Of a stretch of DNA of 64,000 bases, positions 47,068 to 61,200 are shown piece after piece. Position 1 is the first letter of the stretch. Each line of letters opens with the position of its first letter. The notes beneath the pieces were generated by a model, which searched no databases, was not told the DNA's origin, and was given only the letters and a program-made list of their open reading frames with translations. The position numbers and the translations under genes are program-made. Source of the DNA: Amoebophrya sp. A120 (Eukaryota > Protista > Dinoflagellata). Where the stretch lies: the NCBI GenBank assembly GCA_905178155.1, contig CAJINV010000003.1:6629612-6693611 (forward strand). The letters run 5' to 3'.

Positions 47068-47856
47068 TCAACAAGATCGGCCCCCCAGTAGCAGCAAAAA
47101 TAAAAAAATGTAGCAGCAAAAATAAAAAAATCATAACTCCCGGGAAAAATCAAGCAAAAAACTTTTCCTGGTTCGTTTGCATTTCTCGCGACCGGCCCGG
47201 CCTTGCCTGTTCCCGCTCAGATGTTGGCGGCCTGGATATGGTGATGGGCGTTGGTTTTCTGATTAAGGCCGCGGAGTTGTGGTGTGTGATCGATGTTTTT
47301 GGTCTGTTCAATGGGCGGCCGGGTTTGGGTTCCGGGCCTTCGGCCTTATCTTTTTATTTTTGGATGGGAGGGGCGAACTTATTTTGGGACAAAAAATAAT
47401 TTATTTTGGGAGAAAAAATCTGAAAAAATTCAAAAAAGTTGGCCTTTCGTGGATTTGTTCCTTCGGTTTCTTGTTGTCTTCCCTTTGGTTTGAAAAAGTT
47501 GGCAGTCGTGGCACACGACTGGCACAAGCTTGGCACAAATTAAATAATTTTTTGGCACAAAATAAATTCACTCCTCTCATGATTTCATTTATGAAAGATT
47601 AGTCTTCCGGCCCGCTCGGAGTTTTTCCGTTTCACGCGGACCACTGAGAGATGTTGCGCGTGCTTCTTCGGGGCCCGTGTTTTTTCCTCGCCATCTTCTT
47701 CGATGAGTATGGGTAGCGAATCGCTTGCCGTAATCGCTCGCGTCATTTGGCCAATCACCAACCGGGGAACCCACAAAAAATTTTTCCTTCGGATTTTTTT
47801 CGGGAGTCATGATTTTTTTATTTCCGAGGCCACTGGGGGCCGATCTGGATGGTTGA
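47068..47856. mobile_element. TIR element, TCAAC...GTTGA subfamily, 789 bp (relative of 28809-29572)
   Basis: GATCGGCCCCC TIR; imperfect TSD TTTTTG/CCTTTG; inserted in a degenerate TTTTAGC tract. Confidence 0.8.
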
Positions 47857-48531
47857 CCTTTGGCCTGAGCTTTTGCTTTTTGTTTTATGCTTTCAGCTTT
47901 TCCTTTTAGTTTTTACTTTTAGTTTTTGCTTTTAGCTTTTACTTTTAGCTTTTACTTTGAGCTTTTACTATTAGCTTTTACTATTAGCTTTTACTTTTAG
48001 CTTTCACTTTTAGCTTTTACTTTTGGTTTTCGCTTTTACCTTTTAGCTTTTGTTATTACTTTCTCTTAGCAAGGGATAGACTTAGTAGATCTTCCGATTT
48101 ACCTCAGAAAATATCATCGAGCGACCAGATAGGAACTTTGGAAATATTTCGAAAATCTGTAAGATATGGCTATTTTCGAATCTTTAATTATCCAAAGTTG
48201 TCAAATAAATAATGGATCCTAATCTTATAAAAATTTAAAGAAAGATTGTATTAGGAGGTCTTCATGAAATCTTTTTCTTTTTTTTCCCATATCATATAAA
48301 GATTATCCTGAATTTGATCATGGGAATTTTTCAAAAATATTGAATCATGATCTTCATTCTTCTGACAAATAAATATTAATTCATATATCAAAAAAATACT
48401 CATCGATCGAAAAAGAAATATCTGGAATCTTATCATGGAAAATTTTCACAAATATATAAATATCCGAATAATATTAAAATTAATCGATGGATGGCTCTTT
48501 TTTTCTTTCTGGTCATGTCTGGGCATGACTC

Positions 48532-49797
48532 TCAGGCTGCCGGCCCCGGGCAAGCTGCCCGGTTTTAAATTGGTTTGGACGAGCATTAATGTAAAAGCGG
48601 AAGGGGGGCCAAACAAATGCGCCAAAATGCCGGCGCGAATGGCCAGGGGGAAGGCGTGACACATTGCCCAAACAGACAGGGGGCGAGCGCAGCCGTTGGC
48701 TGCGGCCGCGCGAGGGCAACCGGGGCCGACTGCCTGCGGGCCCATCGCGCCCAAGGCTTCTGCGCCCGGTCACGAAACGGAAACAGGACCCGGCAACAAA
48801 ATGTGGCAAACCAAGACCCCCAAGGGGTCTGCGAAACATATGCAACACAGCGGGGCGACGCTGGCAAAGCACCAAACGGAAGCCCCCGGCAAAAAAATCC
48901 CACAAAGAATCAGGACAAGACACGGCAGGGGCCGCAAGGGCTGCGCCGCAAAAACCCACCCAACAAAAACGGCGCCCAAAAACAAAAGCCCCGGGCCGCC
49001 CCGGTTTTTGTGCAGCCCACGCCCAAAACACTGCGAGTTTTCTGGCTTCTCCAGTTTGGGTCTCCACTGCGATTATTGTGTTAATTTGTGGTTTAAATTT
49101 TGTTTAATTTGTGGTTTAATTTTGCATTAAAATTTGCATTAATTTGTTGGGGGTGCGAAATCCCTAAGGATTCGCCTAGTTTTCAAATTAATGCAACTTT
49201 TATTGCAAATTTTATTGCAAAGATTATTGCAAAAATTATTGCAGAGGTCAGGCCGCGGGATTTTGCGAAAAACGTTGCAAGTCCTGCCGCCTCCTCTGCA
49301 AAAACCCTCGACCCCTTCTGACCCACAAGAGCCCCGCTACCAAGCAAGGGCCGCAGGTTGGGCCGGGATCGGCTTCCCGGTACCGGCGGGCGACACCCTG
49401 CCCCCACGGGCCCCTTAGGAAAAAACAAGGCAAAACCCAGGCCCCGGGCCGAGAAACACGACCACGAAAGCGCCACCCGAGAAGCAACCCGGCGAAACCC
49501 GTCCCCGGCGGCAAGCCGGGCGATTTCGGCAAGGCAAATGGCAGGCCTGCGCCCTCGCGGCGGACACAGAAGCCAAATGCGGCACCCGTTGGCCTAGGGA
49601 ACAAAAGGACAAGGCCTCCGGGCTCCATTAGTTTCCCCCCCGGGGGCAACGCGCGGCGCCCTTCGGGATTTCCGAAAAGCAAACCCCTTCCCAATCAATA
49701 AACAAAGCCAATGGGACGAAACCCGGCGCAGCTTTTTTATTAGTGCTTTTTTACGCTGATTTTATTGGCCCGAATTTGCCCGGGGCTGGCTGGCTGA
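48532..49797 (-). mobile_element. TCA...TGA TIR element, 1266 bp
   Basis: 6-bp TSD TGACTC; reverse complement of 34383-35647. Confidence 0.95.
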
Positions 49798-51633
49798 TGA
49801 CTCAAATTGTCTCATAGGCCCGGTCCGAGATTATCCGTCTTTGTTTCCATCTTCATTTCTCTTTCTCTCAAAAGATAAAACTCATTTTCCTGGATTATTT
49901 AGTATTGATATAAAGATCAACATAGAATTTGATAATGTGGTCATCGAATTTAATAAGAAAATCATAACAGGTGTAAAATAGTAAAACTCGTCTTTGTTCA
50001 AGATAAACATTTCCTGAGTTGAATTCATAAAAATGAAGAAAAAATAACAAATCTGCTTTGAGATTTCTATTTGTCAAGAAAAAAATCCAATGTCCTTTTT
50101 CTCTTTTTTTCTCCTGTTCAGATAGTCATTTCTCGATTCTTCGTCATCATCCCTTGTCCAGATTGGTTCGAAATCGGTATCCGTTTGTTCGTTTGATCGG
50201 ATTTCGGATCTCGTGTATCAGCATACTCGTGGACTTCGCAGAAAAGCCGCATCTTTTTCGGGTTTCGCGATGTGGCATCTCGATCGTCTTGCCCCTCCAT
50301 CCTGAGTATCTCGCTCGGAGTCGAAGGCCCATATTGCGCCGTCAGGTGCGAGTTCCAATGATGGGGGAAGTGGCTCTGTTTAGTAAAGAGGGGAGACGAC
50401 GACGGGCAGGTGTGAAATTGGTTCATCATGATGAGAACAATCCCAAATATCTTAATTCTCCAAGATGATAACATAATTTATCATTAGCAACATAGTAGTA
50501 GACCAGTACCATGTTGGACGCCCCCGCCACCAATCCGGTGGGTGGGTCGGTGCTATAGGTGCGCGGGGTGGGCGGGGGACGTCCAGGCGCTGCGTTTTTG
50601 CAAGCGTTGATGGTCGTCGTTCTGTGTTCCGGTGCGCCTGTGGGTCCTCTGTGTAGTTGGGCACCCGGACCGGACCTTCCTCGCGCCCGCGCAATGCCTC
50701 GTCTTGGCCGATATTTTTCCCCAACCCGTTCTCGGTCGGTATCCTACCTCTCCGCTATCGTCGTGTTGGATGTGTTGCCCGGTGGTCAGCAGCAGCGGTT
50801 TCTCCCGGAGCCGTGCGTTGGTCACCACCGGTCGATGGTTCTGTTTAGACGAGGAGGGGCAAGGGGAAGAACCACGAGAAGATTGAGCAACCCAGATCTT
50901 GGATTCCGAGAATGAATTTATCAAAAAAAAAAATATAAAGTTATTGGATTCATTATGAAGATTTCTTATATTATATCATGAAAATCTCATCATCACCATG
51001 ATAATCATAGAATTGAATTAATCGATCTTCCCAATTACCCGATAGATGATGAAAGAAAGAAATTATCCACTAGATGATGATGACATTCATTCCCATATAA
51101 TTTTTCCCAATCACCTGATAGATTAGATAGATAGACTCATTTGCGAAGACAAAGAAAATATCCATGAGATTTCCTTTTTATCATGATCCAGAATGAATTT
51201 TTTCTTATATGAGTCTAGTAATATTGTTTTCGAATTCTTAGATTCTATTATAACCATCAATCCATTCATAGAAGATGTAAATAAGAACACAGGATGAGGA
51301 AAACGAAAGGAATCATAATCAGATAATTGCAACTCTTCTCTGAAATCAAACACTCGAATTCTTTGGGATATTCCTTTCCCCATATTATGTTGGGTGCAAC
51401 GAAGATGATTTTTTCCATGCCCCATAGCGGCTTAACACACCTTCAATGGTTAGCGTGTAGGATGTGTCTATTGTTATTGCAATCATTGGATCTCCTCGGT
51501 GGTAGATTGGTGACATGAATTTGATTTCCATCATACCAGGCGTGGATTATCAAAGAAAAAGGATTAGCACGGCATTTGCTTACAATCATCACCGAACAAC
51601 AACTGACTTCTCGTTCTCCGCCAGCCTATCTTG

Positions 51634-52954
51634 TCAGCCCAGGGACTGGAATTTCATGCCCAACGCCTCCAGTTTCGCCTGTTGTGCTTTCTGCTGCAGC
51701 ATCTCTTGTTCGATGCGGTGACTATCTTTTCCTTCCGAGCGGTTGAAAACCAAGTCAGCGACTTCCTTTTTACTAACCAGGCCCCAATACGTCTGCTTCT
51801 TCTGCTCATCTACAACCTGACAGCCGAGGATAAACGCGCCCAATGCTTTCGAACCGATTAAGCTTCGGGCAGCAGGATTGTGTTTGTAGTCCCCTTCTTT
51901 TTGCAGAAAACAGTCGTCGTACCAAATTTTCCACAGCTTTTTCTGCTTTGTCACCGGATCGGTGGCAGCCGTCGCGATGTTGTATCCCGGTAGAAACGTT
52001 GAACCGATGGTGAACGGCGTCTGTTGGCGGGTGTCCGGTTTTATTTGCGCAGCTGCGCCATCACCTCCACTGGTGGGCTCCTCGTCGACCGATTTGCTCC
52101 AATTAAGTTTTGTATACAAGCCCTTCAGCAGAGCCTTTGCCTCTTCGGTCGATACAGATGTACCATGCTGATCTACTGCACCGTCGCAGCGCAACCCATC
52201 CGCTACCAGACTGGTGGACGCTGGAGCGTCGTCGTCATCTGCTTTGTTCTCGGTGTCATCTTTAACTTGAGCTAGTAGCGCTTGCTCGTCTTTGTTGATA
52301 CCCGCATCCTCAACGATCTTGCCGTTTTCGTAGTCAATTTCTACCTCTACATGCCGTCGCGTCTCCTTGTCGAATCTTTCCACCGTGAAAGGCTTGTCTT
52401 TTTTCGGTTTCGACGACACTTGAGTAGCACCACTATGCAGCTGTTCTTCGAGTTGCAAGACATTTCTTGCCAACACGTCTTCTTCTTTTGATCCCGCTAA
52501 AACTCCTTCCAGGACAGTTTCACACAGTTTCAGCTTGCCGCCAGGAATGTACTCCCGCGGATGGATGATTGTGAACTTTTGCTGCCTATGGATTGGGGCA
52601 AACATCATGCTTGGATCTGGAGTGCAACGTTTAAGTTTTCCATGCTCTGTCATGCGCATTTTTATGTTTATTCTTCTTCTATAATCTATTTTTTTGTCAT
52701 GTGTCATGCAGAATCTGAATCACTAGACAACACCTAGCAGCAGCTCAAAAAGTTGTCATGGTTGTTGGCCGTCGGTTCAGGCGTCCTTGTGCTTCCCGAG
52801 TCCATCAATAAGAACCTTCCAGACCCAGACATGCTTGCAATTGATACTGCTTCACCGTGTGCTTCTTCGGAAACTGCTTTTCTTCCTCTTGCTCGCTATC
52901 ACTGTCCAAGTCGGCCGCGAACTTCGACCACTTGTCGTAATTGGTGGACGGCAT
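51634..52954 (-). CDS. Hypothetical protein, 351 aa, two exons (52954-52847, 52581-51634)
   Basis: MPSTNYDKWSKFAADLDSDSEQEEE joins in frame to QQKFTIIHPREY after removing the decayed introner; the start resembles the DYSKW-acidic motif of Cdc37-like N-termini. Confidence 0.75.
52587..52846. mobile_element. Decayed introner, family A
   Basis: TATGG...TTCCAGACCCAGACATGCTTGCAATTGATA; DR CTGCC/CTGCT. Confidence 0.8.
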
Positions 52955-55265
52955 TATGTTTCTTGTGCTGGAGTTTCAGTTTGTGATTAAAAATAAAACA
53001 AAAATCAGTATTGCAATTGTGATGCGCAAATCAACATCCACTAGTGGATTCTCTCACAGTCCTAGGCCGATAGGATACCAATGCAGAGTCCTCCTGCTGA
53101 TGTGATCCTGAAGAAGCAACAAAAAGATACAAAAATCGAAAATAAAAATGAAAATAAAAAGTTATGCAACAAGATCCTTTCTGTCTTTCTTTCTCTCGTG
53201 CCTGGGCATGGCGTCAACGGTTCAAGGCCCTAACAAATCATCGCAATCCACATGAAACACTTTATTGCTCTGTGTTCTAAGACCGGCTTCAGCCCCTCAT
53301 CGAGCTCGACGGCTCCTGCTCGAGGTCGAGGTTTTTGCTATATCAAAATACATTCATTCATTCATTCTACGATGCGCCAGCCTTGAGCGCGAGGAGACTT
53401 GACTTGAAGATGGTGCGCCCCACCCTTCGCAGCTCGCACTTCTGATGGTGAGACACCGCAAAACACAGACGCGCGCTTCGCGTACTTCTATTTCCGTTTC
53501 GCAGACTAAAAGAAGAAAACAAAAAGGGAGGGTAAAAATAAAAGGGAAAACGCTAACAATGCGTAAACTCCTTTGCTCTTCTACTTGTTTTCGCTGCTGT
53601 AGTCTTCTATCTTTGCGTTTGAGTTGGTGGCTTATAGTCGGCGGAACTTGAGTTTTTAAGGATTTTGCACGGAAGTGTTCGTATTTTTTACATTCCTCGA
53701 CGAAGGACGCGCTTCGCGTGGTTGCAAAAATTTTTTGTAGATGTTTCGCAGTTATAAATTTTTTGGATCCAGGTGGTGAACAAACACACTGCCGCAGAAA
53801 TTTCCAAGATTTACGCTTACATACTGATACTTTTTCTTTGAACGAGCCCTGAAAGCTGTCTTAACATGCGTAAAAATTAGTATAAATCAGGCACGTTTAT
53901 CTTTCACCTCGCCAGCATCTTGCCGTGGCGATCCATTACTACGAGGCATGTCAAAATCAAGATCGTGTGTCATTTTTTCGACTTTCGGGGGGAGGCGGCA
54001 GGCTACTATCTTCCTATGGCTCTGGATTGGCGGCAACAGGGCTAGAAGCTACTAGATGATGCCTAACCTCACCACTAAGCAATAGTAGGGGTAATGCCTG
54101 TCCGAGCGGGAGCACCCACTCACATATAAACCTAAGTTATCAGCTTTCTACGGTTATGGGCTCATAAGACTTTTCCTCTAGGCTCATAGAGAGCTCAGCG
54201 TGCTGTTGCTCGGTTGCGGTACATGCTTATCCCGCTTGTTAAGATAGAATATATCGATGATTGCGAAGAACTAAAAAAAACGACGCTCTAATGTAAAAAG
54301 GCGATTTCCGGATCTCTAGCGACTTCGAGTTTTATCTTCATTCGAATCGAAAACATAGACAAAAACAAAAACTACCCCTCCGAGGACCGAGATCTTATAT
54401 TTCCACCGAGCGCATACAAAATCTTACTCTTTTTAAGCCGATCCGCACGGCGTCCTTGTTGCTCTCGCGATTCATACACAAATCAAATAATTACTGAGGG
54501 GGCGCTACGCGGAGTGCTATACTAGTGCACGGACCTAAAAGGGAGCCACGGGCTGACATGCTGCTTTGCAGGTTTAGGGACTTTTGATCATACATCATCA
54601 CCAAGCACTGGTGTAGAACTATATTAATCTTCGATCGTGCTTTCCTGCTCCCCCCGCGAATCCCCCGGCCGGCACCGCAACCACCGGCACAACGGCAGAG
54701 CGTGGGATGTTGTTATTCTAAGCCCAGCTGTGCTGTAGCATAAGTTAATGCCATCCCGATCTAGTTGTTCTCCTGGCGGTATGTACGTGTCTACGGGGAT
54801 AACTGCCTGGCGCAACAGGCGGGGATAATACAACTCTAACTATCGAATTTATATAAAACCTGATCTGAACACCGCGGGGGTTTAGCCTACTATAAAACTC
54901 AATTATAGTATGCGCATGCCACTAGTGCATCTATTACGTCTGTATCTACTTGTTGTTTTCATTCTTGGCCAGATGATACATACAGCACAAGACTCAACTG
55001 ACAAAAAGCTGCGGCGTTGATGTGATACTGCACAAACAGAAAAATAACAGCAGGATTTTTTGGGCAGACGATGTTGACGCGATTTCTACATTTTATTTTT
55101 TCGGTAGCTACGTGCGGTTTGTAATTTTGATACTAGGAACAGTAATAATGATACGAAATTGAATCATCTACAACTACATATTTTGATCTACTAGTTGGTT
55201 ACAGTCTATCGTTTTATTTTTGGTTTTGGACATTATTAGCAGTGCTCGCACCTACTTGTTCTTGT

Positions 55266-58200
55266 TCATATGTCCACCTGATAAGAGAACTCCGCGTTGT
55301 CTCCCAGGCGAAAACGCTGTTGCTGCCGGGACGAGGTCGTGACGTCCGTTGCGAGATTGAGCCCTCCTCTGTGCTGGTCTTGGACAAAGGGATCCAGAAC
55401 GCTTGGATAGATCGCATCTTCCTTGGGCACGAAACCTGGCGTCGTCTGGTTGTACTGTCGCGTGGTGGCAGGCAGGGGCCCGCTCACGACGCTTTTTGCG
55501 AACATGTAGCGGGCGGCCGTGTCGGGAATCCCGGTTGCCCACGGCTTGGCGTGCATGCGAATGCCGTGAATCTGCATGCGGAACTGGTTTTCCGCGCCCT
55601 GCGGGATCAGGGCGTAGAGCCGGTAAAACATCCCGCCGGTGGCACTGTAGACGGTGCTAAAACCGTGGTAGGTGAGCAGATAGGTGTCGCCCCCGTAATC
55701 GTAGTCGGTGGTGCAGGTCGTGCAGGGTCCGCGGCGCTGCCCGTCCTTGGAGTACTCGTGCGGCGCCGGACCCACGAGGTCTTCCGCAATCACGTTGTGC
55801 AGCGAGGTGTGCAAGCGCACAATGAGAAATACCTTTTGCCTCCCCCAGCCTTGGTCGTTCCACTTGATCGTGAGCACGACCTCTTCGAACTGCCCACTAC
55901 CCGATGTGCGGGGAAGAAAGTAGTCCCAGATGGGCGACACGATCTGCGTTTCGGTCGGATCTGCCGCGGGGTCGCGCGTGTTGCGCACCCCCACCAAACC
56001 GGGGATGGGGTATGCCAAGTCGCCGCTTGGAAGCCGGAGCGGCCTGTGCATGCGCACGGTAGACGCCCGCGCGTCGTAGGACAGAGTGTGCCGGAAGCGA
56101 TCCGAATACATAAAGGCGGGGCCGTCGTAGCGGTTCCACCCGTTTTTTCCGCAGTACTGCCGGTTTGCGTACAGGTGGAATCCGGGACGACAGGCCACGC
56201 AGTCGGGCGTTCCATGCACTGCGCAAGCAAATCCTTCCGAAGGGATCCCGTTGGGGCACAGGCACTTCCGCGCCGGGGCGATGGTCGCGGAGGTCGTCGC
56301 GGAGGTGACCACGTGCGCCACACTGGTACTGGGAGGAGGGGCGGTAGCAACTTCTACACTGGTCGCGAGCCTCTTGCCAAACACCCGCACCTGTGTAATT
56401 TGCAGTATGCGGACCTCCCCCGCGGCAGCGCCGGGCAATTCCAGTACCACGTACCGGCCCGGCTTACCCCCTGCGCACTCAACGGAAGCGGTCCCAATCG
56501 TGGAGCTCCGGGCAGCATCCAGGAAGTCAGCATTATACACGGCGAAGCGATCCCACCCTTTCCCGCTGTCGTACTTTAACGTTTCGCAGATCTCGTCCTC
56601 GTTTTGGGCAGGGCAGGCCGGATTTCCAATCTGCACGCAGGCGCCGTCCACGTAGCCCGCATCCGTGGCGGCGGTCCCCTGCAGGATCTTGCAGCTGGCG
56701 CTGTGCGACCGGCGGACAGGAGAGACGGAGATCGTCATTCCCTTGTCGTTGGCATCGGTGTCGACACCGGAGTTTGTCCCCAGCACATCGGGCCCCCATA
56801 ACTCCGTGTTGAAGAACAGCCGTCGCAGAACCCCATTGGTACTTTTGAGCGTGCTGATCTCGACCCTCGTAACCGTGAACAGCCCTCCGAGATCCACTTG
56901 CAACCAGGGACAGCGCAGAGTGGTCGAGTGGAAATTTGTATTATGATTCTCGTCGAGTATGTTTTGCGCTATCGTGGTAGTGCCCTCAGCTGTTACGAAA
57001 GGATGGTCGCCGGCTGTCGTCACCGTTCCGAACCCTCCCTCATAGGGAGTGATGTCATCCGGCTGGCGCAAGGGCTTGCACGCCTCGAACCTTTTGCCAC
57101 TGTACAGTGTGTAGCAAAACGGCAAGTAATGAGGGGTGGCCGGCGGGTTCCGACAGTAGTTGTGGTCTCCCACCCCTGTGCCAGGCCGGAGCGCAAGGGT
57201 GTTGGTGTGCGTTTGGGGCGACTGATCCGTCCACTTTTGGCACGGGTATCCCGAGATGGTGACGGTCTGGCAGCCGCGGTAGTTCTGTCCTTTTTCGTCG
57301 TACAAATTTTCGTCTCAGGATGCCGTTGTTGTCGTGGTCAGGGTAGTACAAGTACCGAACCTGTGATTGGGATCTGCAGTGTAGCAGAAGATGGTTGGCA
57401 CGTTCGCGGCCGGGGGACTGCGGCAGTAGTTGTGATCTCCCAACCCGTGGTCCGTGGTTCCACCGTAGTTGTGCGTGTGCGGTGACTGCGTCGACCATTT
57501 CTGGCAGAGATGGCCTTCTATGGTGCGCGTCTGGCAGCCACGGTAGTTTGCGGCGTCCGCCCCGTATGTCAGGACGTCGTTTTCCACACAGGAGGCGGTG
57601 GTGGTGGTAGTGGTGGTAGTGGTGGTGGTGTGATACACATTCTCCGGGTCCTCCACGATGCCTGAGCTGGGGCCGTTCAGATTGATGGGGATCCGGATCC
57701 GGTTTCCCCGGGGGCGAAAGCCCACCCGGCGAATTTTGCGGCCCGGCAGGTCCTATCAAATGCAAAAATGTCTGGGTCTGGAAGAGTGCAACTTGTCATG
57801 ATGTTTTTGGACTCTAAAAGTGCAAGACCAGCAAGAGGTGTCCGGTTTGTGCTACACGGACAGGGCATTTTTCATGCGGAAGGGGCATCAGTAAGCCCTC
57901 TAAAAGTCTGTGATGCTTAGTCATGCATTATAGGCATCATGGATCATGAGAAATCTGCATGACAAATCTTGCATTCTTCCAGACCCAGACATTTTTGCAT
58001 TTGATAGGTCCTGCGGCGAAATGTCGAGCGCGAGCTGCTGTCCGAGCCGCGTTATCCTGTGCAAAAGTAGCGTATTCGTATTGCAATCATGCATATGCAA
58101 ATCTTTTTCTTTAGGCAAATCCGCACTACATCTCTCACGTTGAGGAAATTTGTAATGCATTTATACGAGTACGATACTTTTGCAATGCATACGAGTGGGC

Positions 58201-61200
58201 TTCCCGTCCACCAGCAGTCGCAGCTTGGTTTTCTTCTCCGGCGTGGCCGTGGTGGCTACCTTGCGCCGTTTGACGGTCGGCCTCGGCGTCGACGGCGTGC
58301 CGTGGCTAGTACGCAGCTTTTGTTCATCACCCACACTCGAGGTGGTCCCGCCCCCGTGGTCCTCCTGCCCCGCCCCCGCGGCCGCGCTAGTGCCCTATCA
58401 ACTGCATATGCGTCTGGGTCTGGAAATTTGTGATGCAAGAAAGGGATGATAGTTAGCACACTCTCAAGGCGCTGGCAAGCGTGACAACTTTAAGCTTTTT
58501 CGTGGTTCGGAGTTGCGTACTCCGCATGAGAAGCTGCGTTTTTGCATGACAGGCAAGAGGAGCGTTTCGCGGCCACGCAGTACAGAGTTTACTTTAGAGT
58601 CATGCCAGAGTAGCATGACAAATCTCGCATCAAAAATCTTCCAGACCCAGACATATTTGCAATGCATATGCCCCCACTGCTGCTGATCCTCGTTAAGGTT
58701 GGCGCGTCCCCCCGCTGGTACAGCCAGAAGCCACAGAACATCAGCGCGTTGTTGGCGGTGTTCCCCGAGCTGTCTCCGATGCGGATTTTCCAGACCCTTT
58801 TGTTGATCGGAACCCAGGTGCCGGTCGTCTTCACCAGGCCCGGCGTCCGGAGGGCAGCCTCCGGGATGCCGCTGTCGTTCAGGTAAATTTTGGCGTTCTG
58901 GATGGACTGGCCCCGCGAGCCATCGTCCAGTTGAAACAGGGTGAACCCCGCAATGTCCCGCGGCACGCGGTCCTGGAATTCGACCGCCCACCAGTTGTTC
59001 GTGCCCCCGTTGTATGCATTGCAAATATGTCAGGGTCTGGAAGGATTCAAATTTGTGATGCGAGTTCCACAACATGCCAACATCTGTCATGCGTGGCCAG
59101 AAAAAGGCCGCGCTTCGGCTTCTTGTCACAGAAAAAGTGGATTTGTAGTCATGCGGCTTAAGCATTAGGCTACCTGCCCGAAACCTGTGGCGCTAGGGCT
59201 TGCACGCCAGACGATCTGGGTCAGGCACAAACTGCATGACAAATGTTCGCATTCTCCCAGACCCAGGCTGCATATTTGCAATGCGTACGTTGTGAAAGCA
59301 GTACCCGTCCGCCTGTTCCCCGACCGCGGTTATGACAGTGCACAACCCCCCCTCGCCCTCATTTGTCATACAAAAGCCAAAAGCCCAAATCCACGCGCTG
59401 GGCTGCGCTGCCATGTGGCAGTGTTTGCATGACAGATTGTGGAAGCCTAAACAGTACTGCATGACGCGCTTGAACTTGTCATGCGCAGGCTCCATGTGCG
59501 CTGGTGTTTCTATTGCTGCTCATGCAATACGAACAATGAGGCGGAGGGGGGGGGTGCACTCTCATAGCGGTGGTGATGCCCTCGGGACGGGTCAGCACCC
59601 AATCTATCCAAAGAAAAAAAGTGTTATGGTATACACATCTGCTGCAACTTCAGCAACACAAACTTGCTCTGCACTTTTGGTTTTGCAGAGAAAACTTGCA
59701 ATACAGAGACCCTAAGGGAAAACACGTACGAAACTACGCTCGGGCTCGCATGCCTTTCGTCCGGCATGAGAGAGGTTGTCTGTCTTGCGCGTTCCGCAAC
59801 ACGATGTGCAACTGTAACGCTTTTTTCTTTGCATACGCTCGGCGCCGCACTTCGCAGGGAAGTCCACAGGACACGTATCCAAGCAAAACACTGTGTGAGT
59901 GTAGCTTTGTGTTCCAGACGATGCCATACATTTACACCTGTCATGCTGGACATGCGTCAGAGGCTCTTTTCGAACGCGGTTAGGTTTGTTTCACGTACTC
60001 GCTACGCATGACAGGTTTTGTCTGTTATGCGGAGCAAACTTGTGATGCTGTTCCTCCAAGAAAGTTACACTTACACATACACAGTTTTTCTCTCGCATAA
60101 CACGATGCGGGGGTGGAATCGCACGGATTGTCCACCGCACAGGTTGCGGGGTTACTCGTTGCCGCTGGGTCCACCCAGTCGCTGCCTCGGTAGTAGGGCG
60201 ACATACTCGCCCGCAATAGTTCGGGCGGCACGAAGCTTCCGGTCGTACCAACCGGGAGCCCGTTCAAGGGCAGGAGCGCGGCCGGATCGCTGCTGTCGTA
60301 GGTGCTCAGCACGTCCTCCCGACACAGCGCTGTCATGTCCAGGCTGTTCAATCCCGTGTTTTGCGCTTGCGAAGAATCCGGCATATCCTCGGTTTTGATG
60401 TTGCAGTCCCCCGTGGTGCCATCCGTCAGCTTTGCGGTCCCAGCAACACCACCGTCGGGACGGTGGACCAAGTGCTTGCAGCTGGGGTTTTGCGCACAGA
60501 GACGGACTATCAAATGTAAAAATGTCTGGGTCTGGAAGGTTACCAGGTTTGTCGTGCATATTTTGCATGACTCAGGATGTCTGTAATGCATGATCTAGCA
60601 TCACATGTTTCTAGAGGCCTTCCTGATGCCTATCCCGCATGACAAATGCCCTCCCCGCGTAGCACAAACTGGGCGCCTCTTGGTGGTCATGCAATACAAA
60701 TTTTTTTAGAATCCAAAGTTAGCATCACAAGTTGCATTCTTCCAGACCCAGACATTTTCACATTTGATACGGACGCATTCCTGCCACGTTTTTCCGGATG
60801 TCGTAGTCGTCGCGCCTCCACTATCCAGGAAAAAACACCCATCCCCATCCAATTTGTCATGCAAAACATGCATAAAATCCACTATTTGCCATGCAAAAAA
60901 TGGATGGGGATGGGTGTTTTTTCCTGGATATCCACCGTAGTCGGTATTCAACAAAGGTCTACAGACGGACGACCCAGACGCCGTGCCGGCCAAAACGTCG
61001 TCTATGGGATTCCCAAACGTTACATCCTCAGTCAGCTGTATACATGAATTAGTAATGCAAGAATGGCAAAATTAGTAATGCAAGAATGGCAAAAGTGAAA
61101 GGAGGAAGATCACGCCTTTTGCATTACAGATTTGCCACGGATTCTAGTGCTATTTAGCGCGTCGAGAAGTTGTCATGCGAAGAATCATCATTTAGTGGAC

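Noticed and set aside
52587-52707. N-terminus MTHDKKIDY of ORF 51634-52707
   Set aside because: It falls inside a decayed introner; a better start is the ATG at 52954
55242-56579. 445-aa + strand ORF
   Set aside because: Antisense shadow of the GC-rich kringle exon
9594-60769. Recurring peptides SNAKMSGSG, PDPDIFTFD and FQTQTFLHLI in many short ORFs
   Set aside because: These are translations of the family A TIR, not a protein domain
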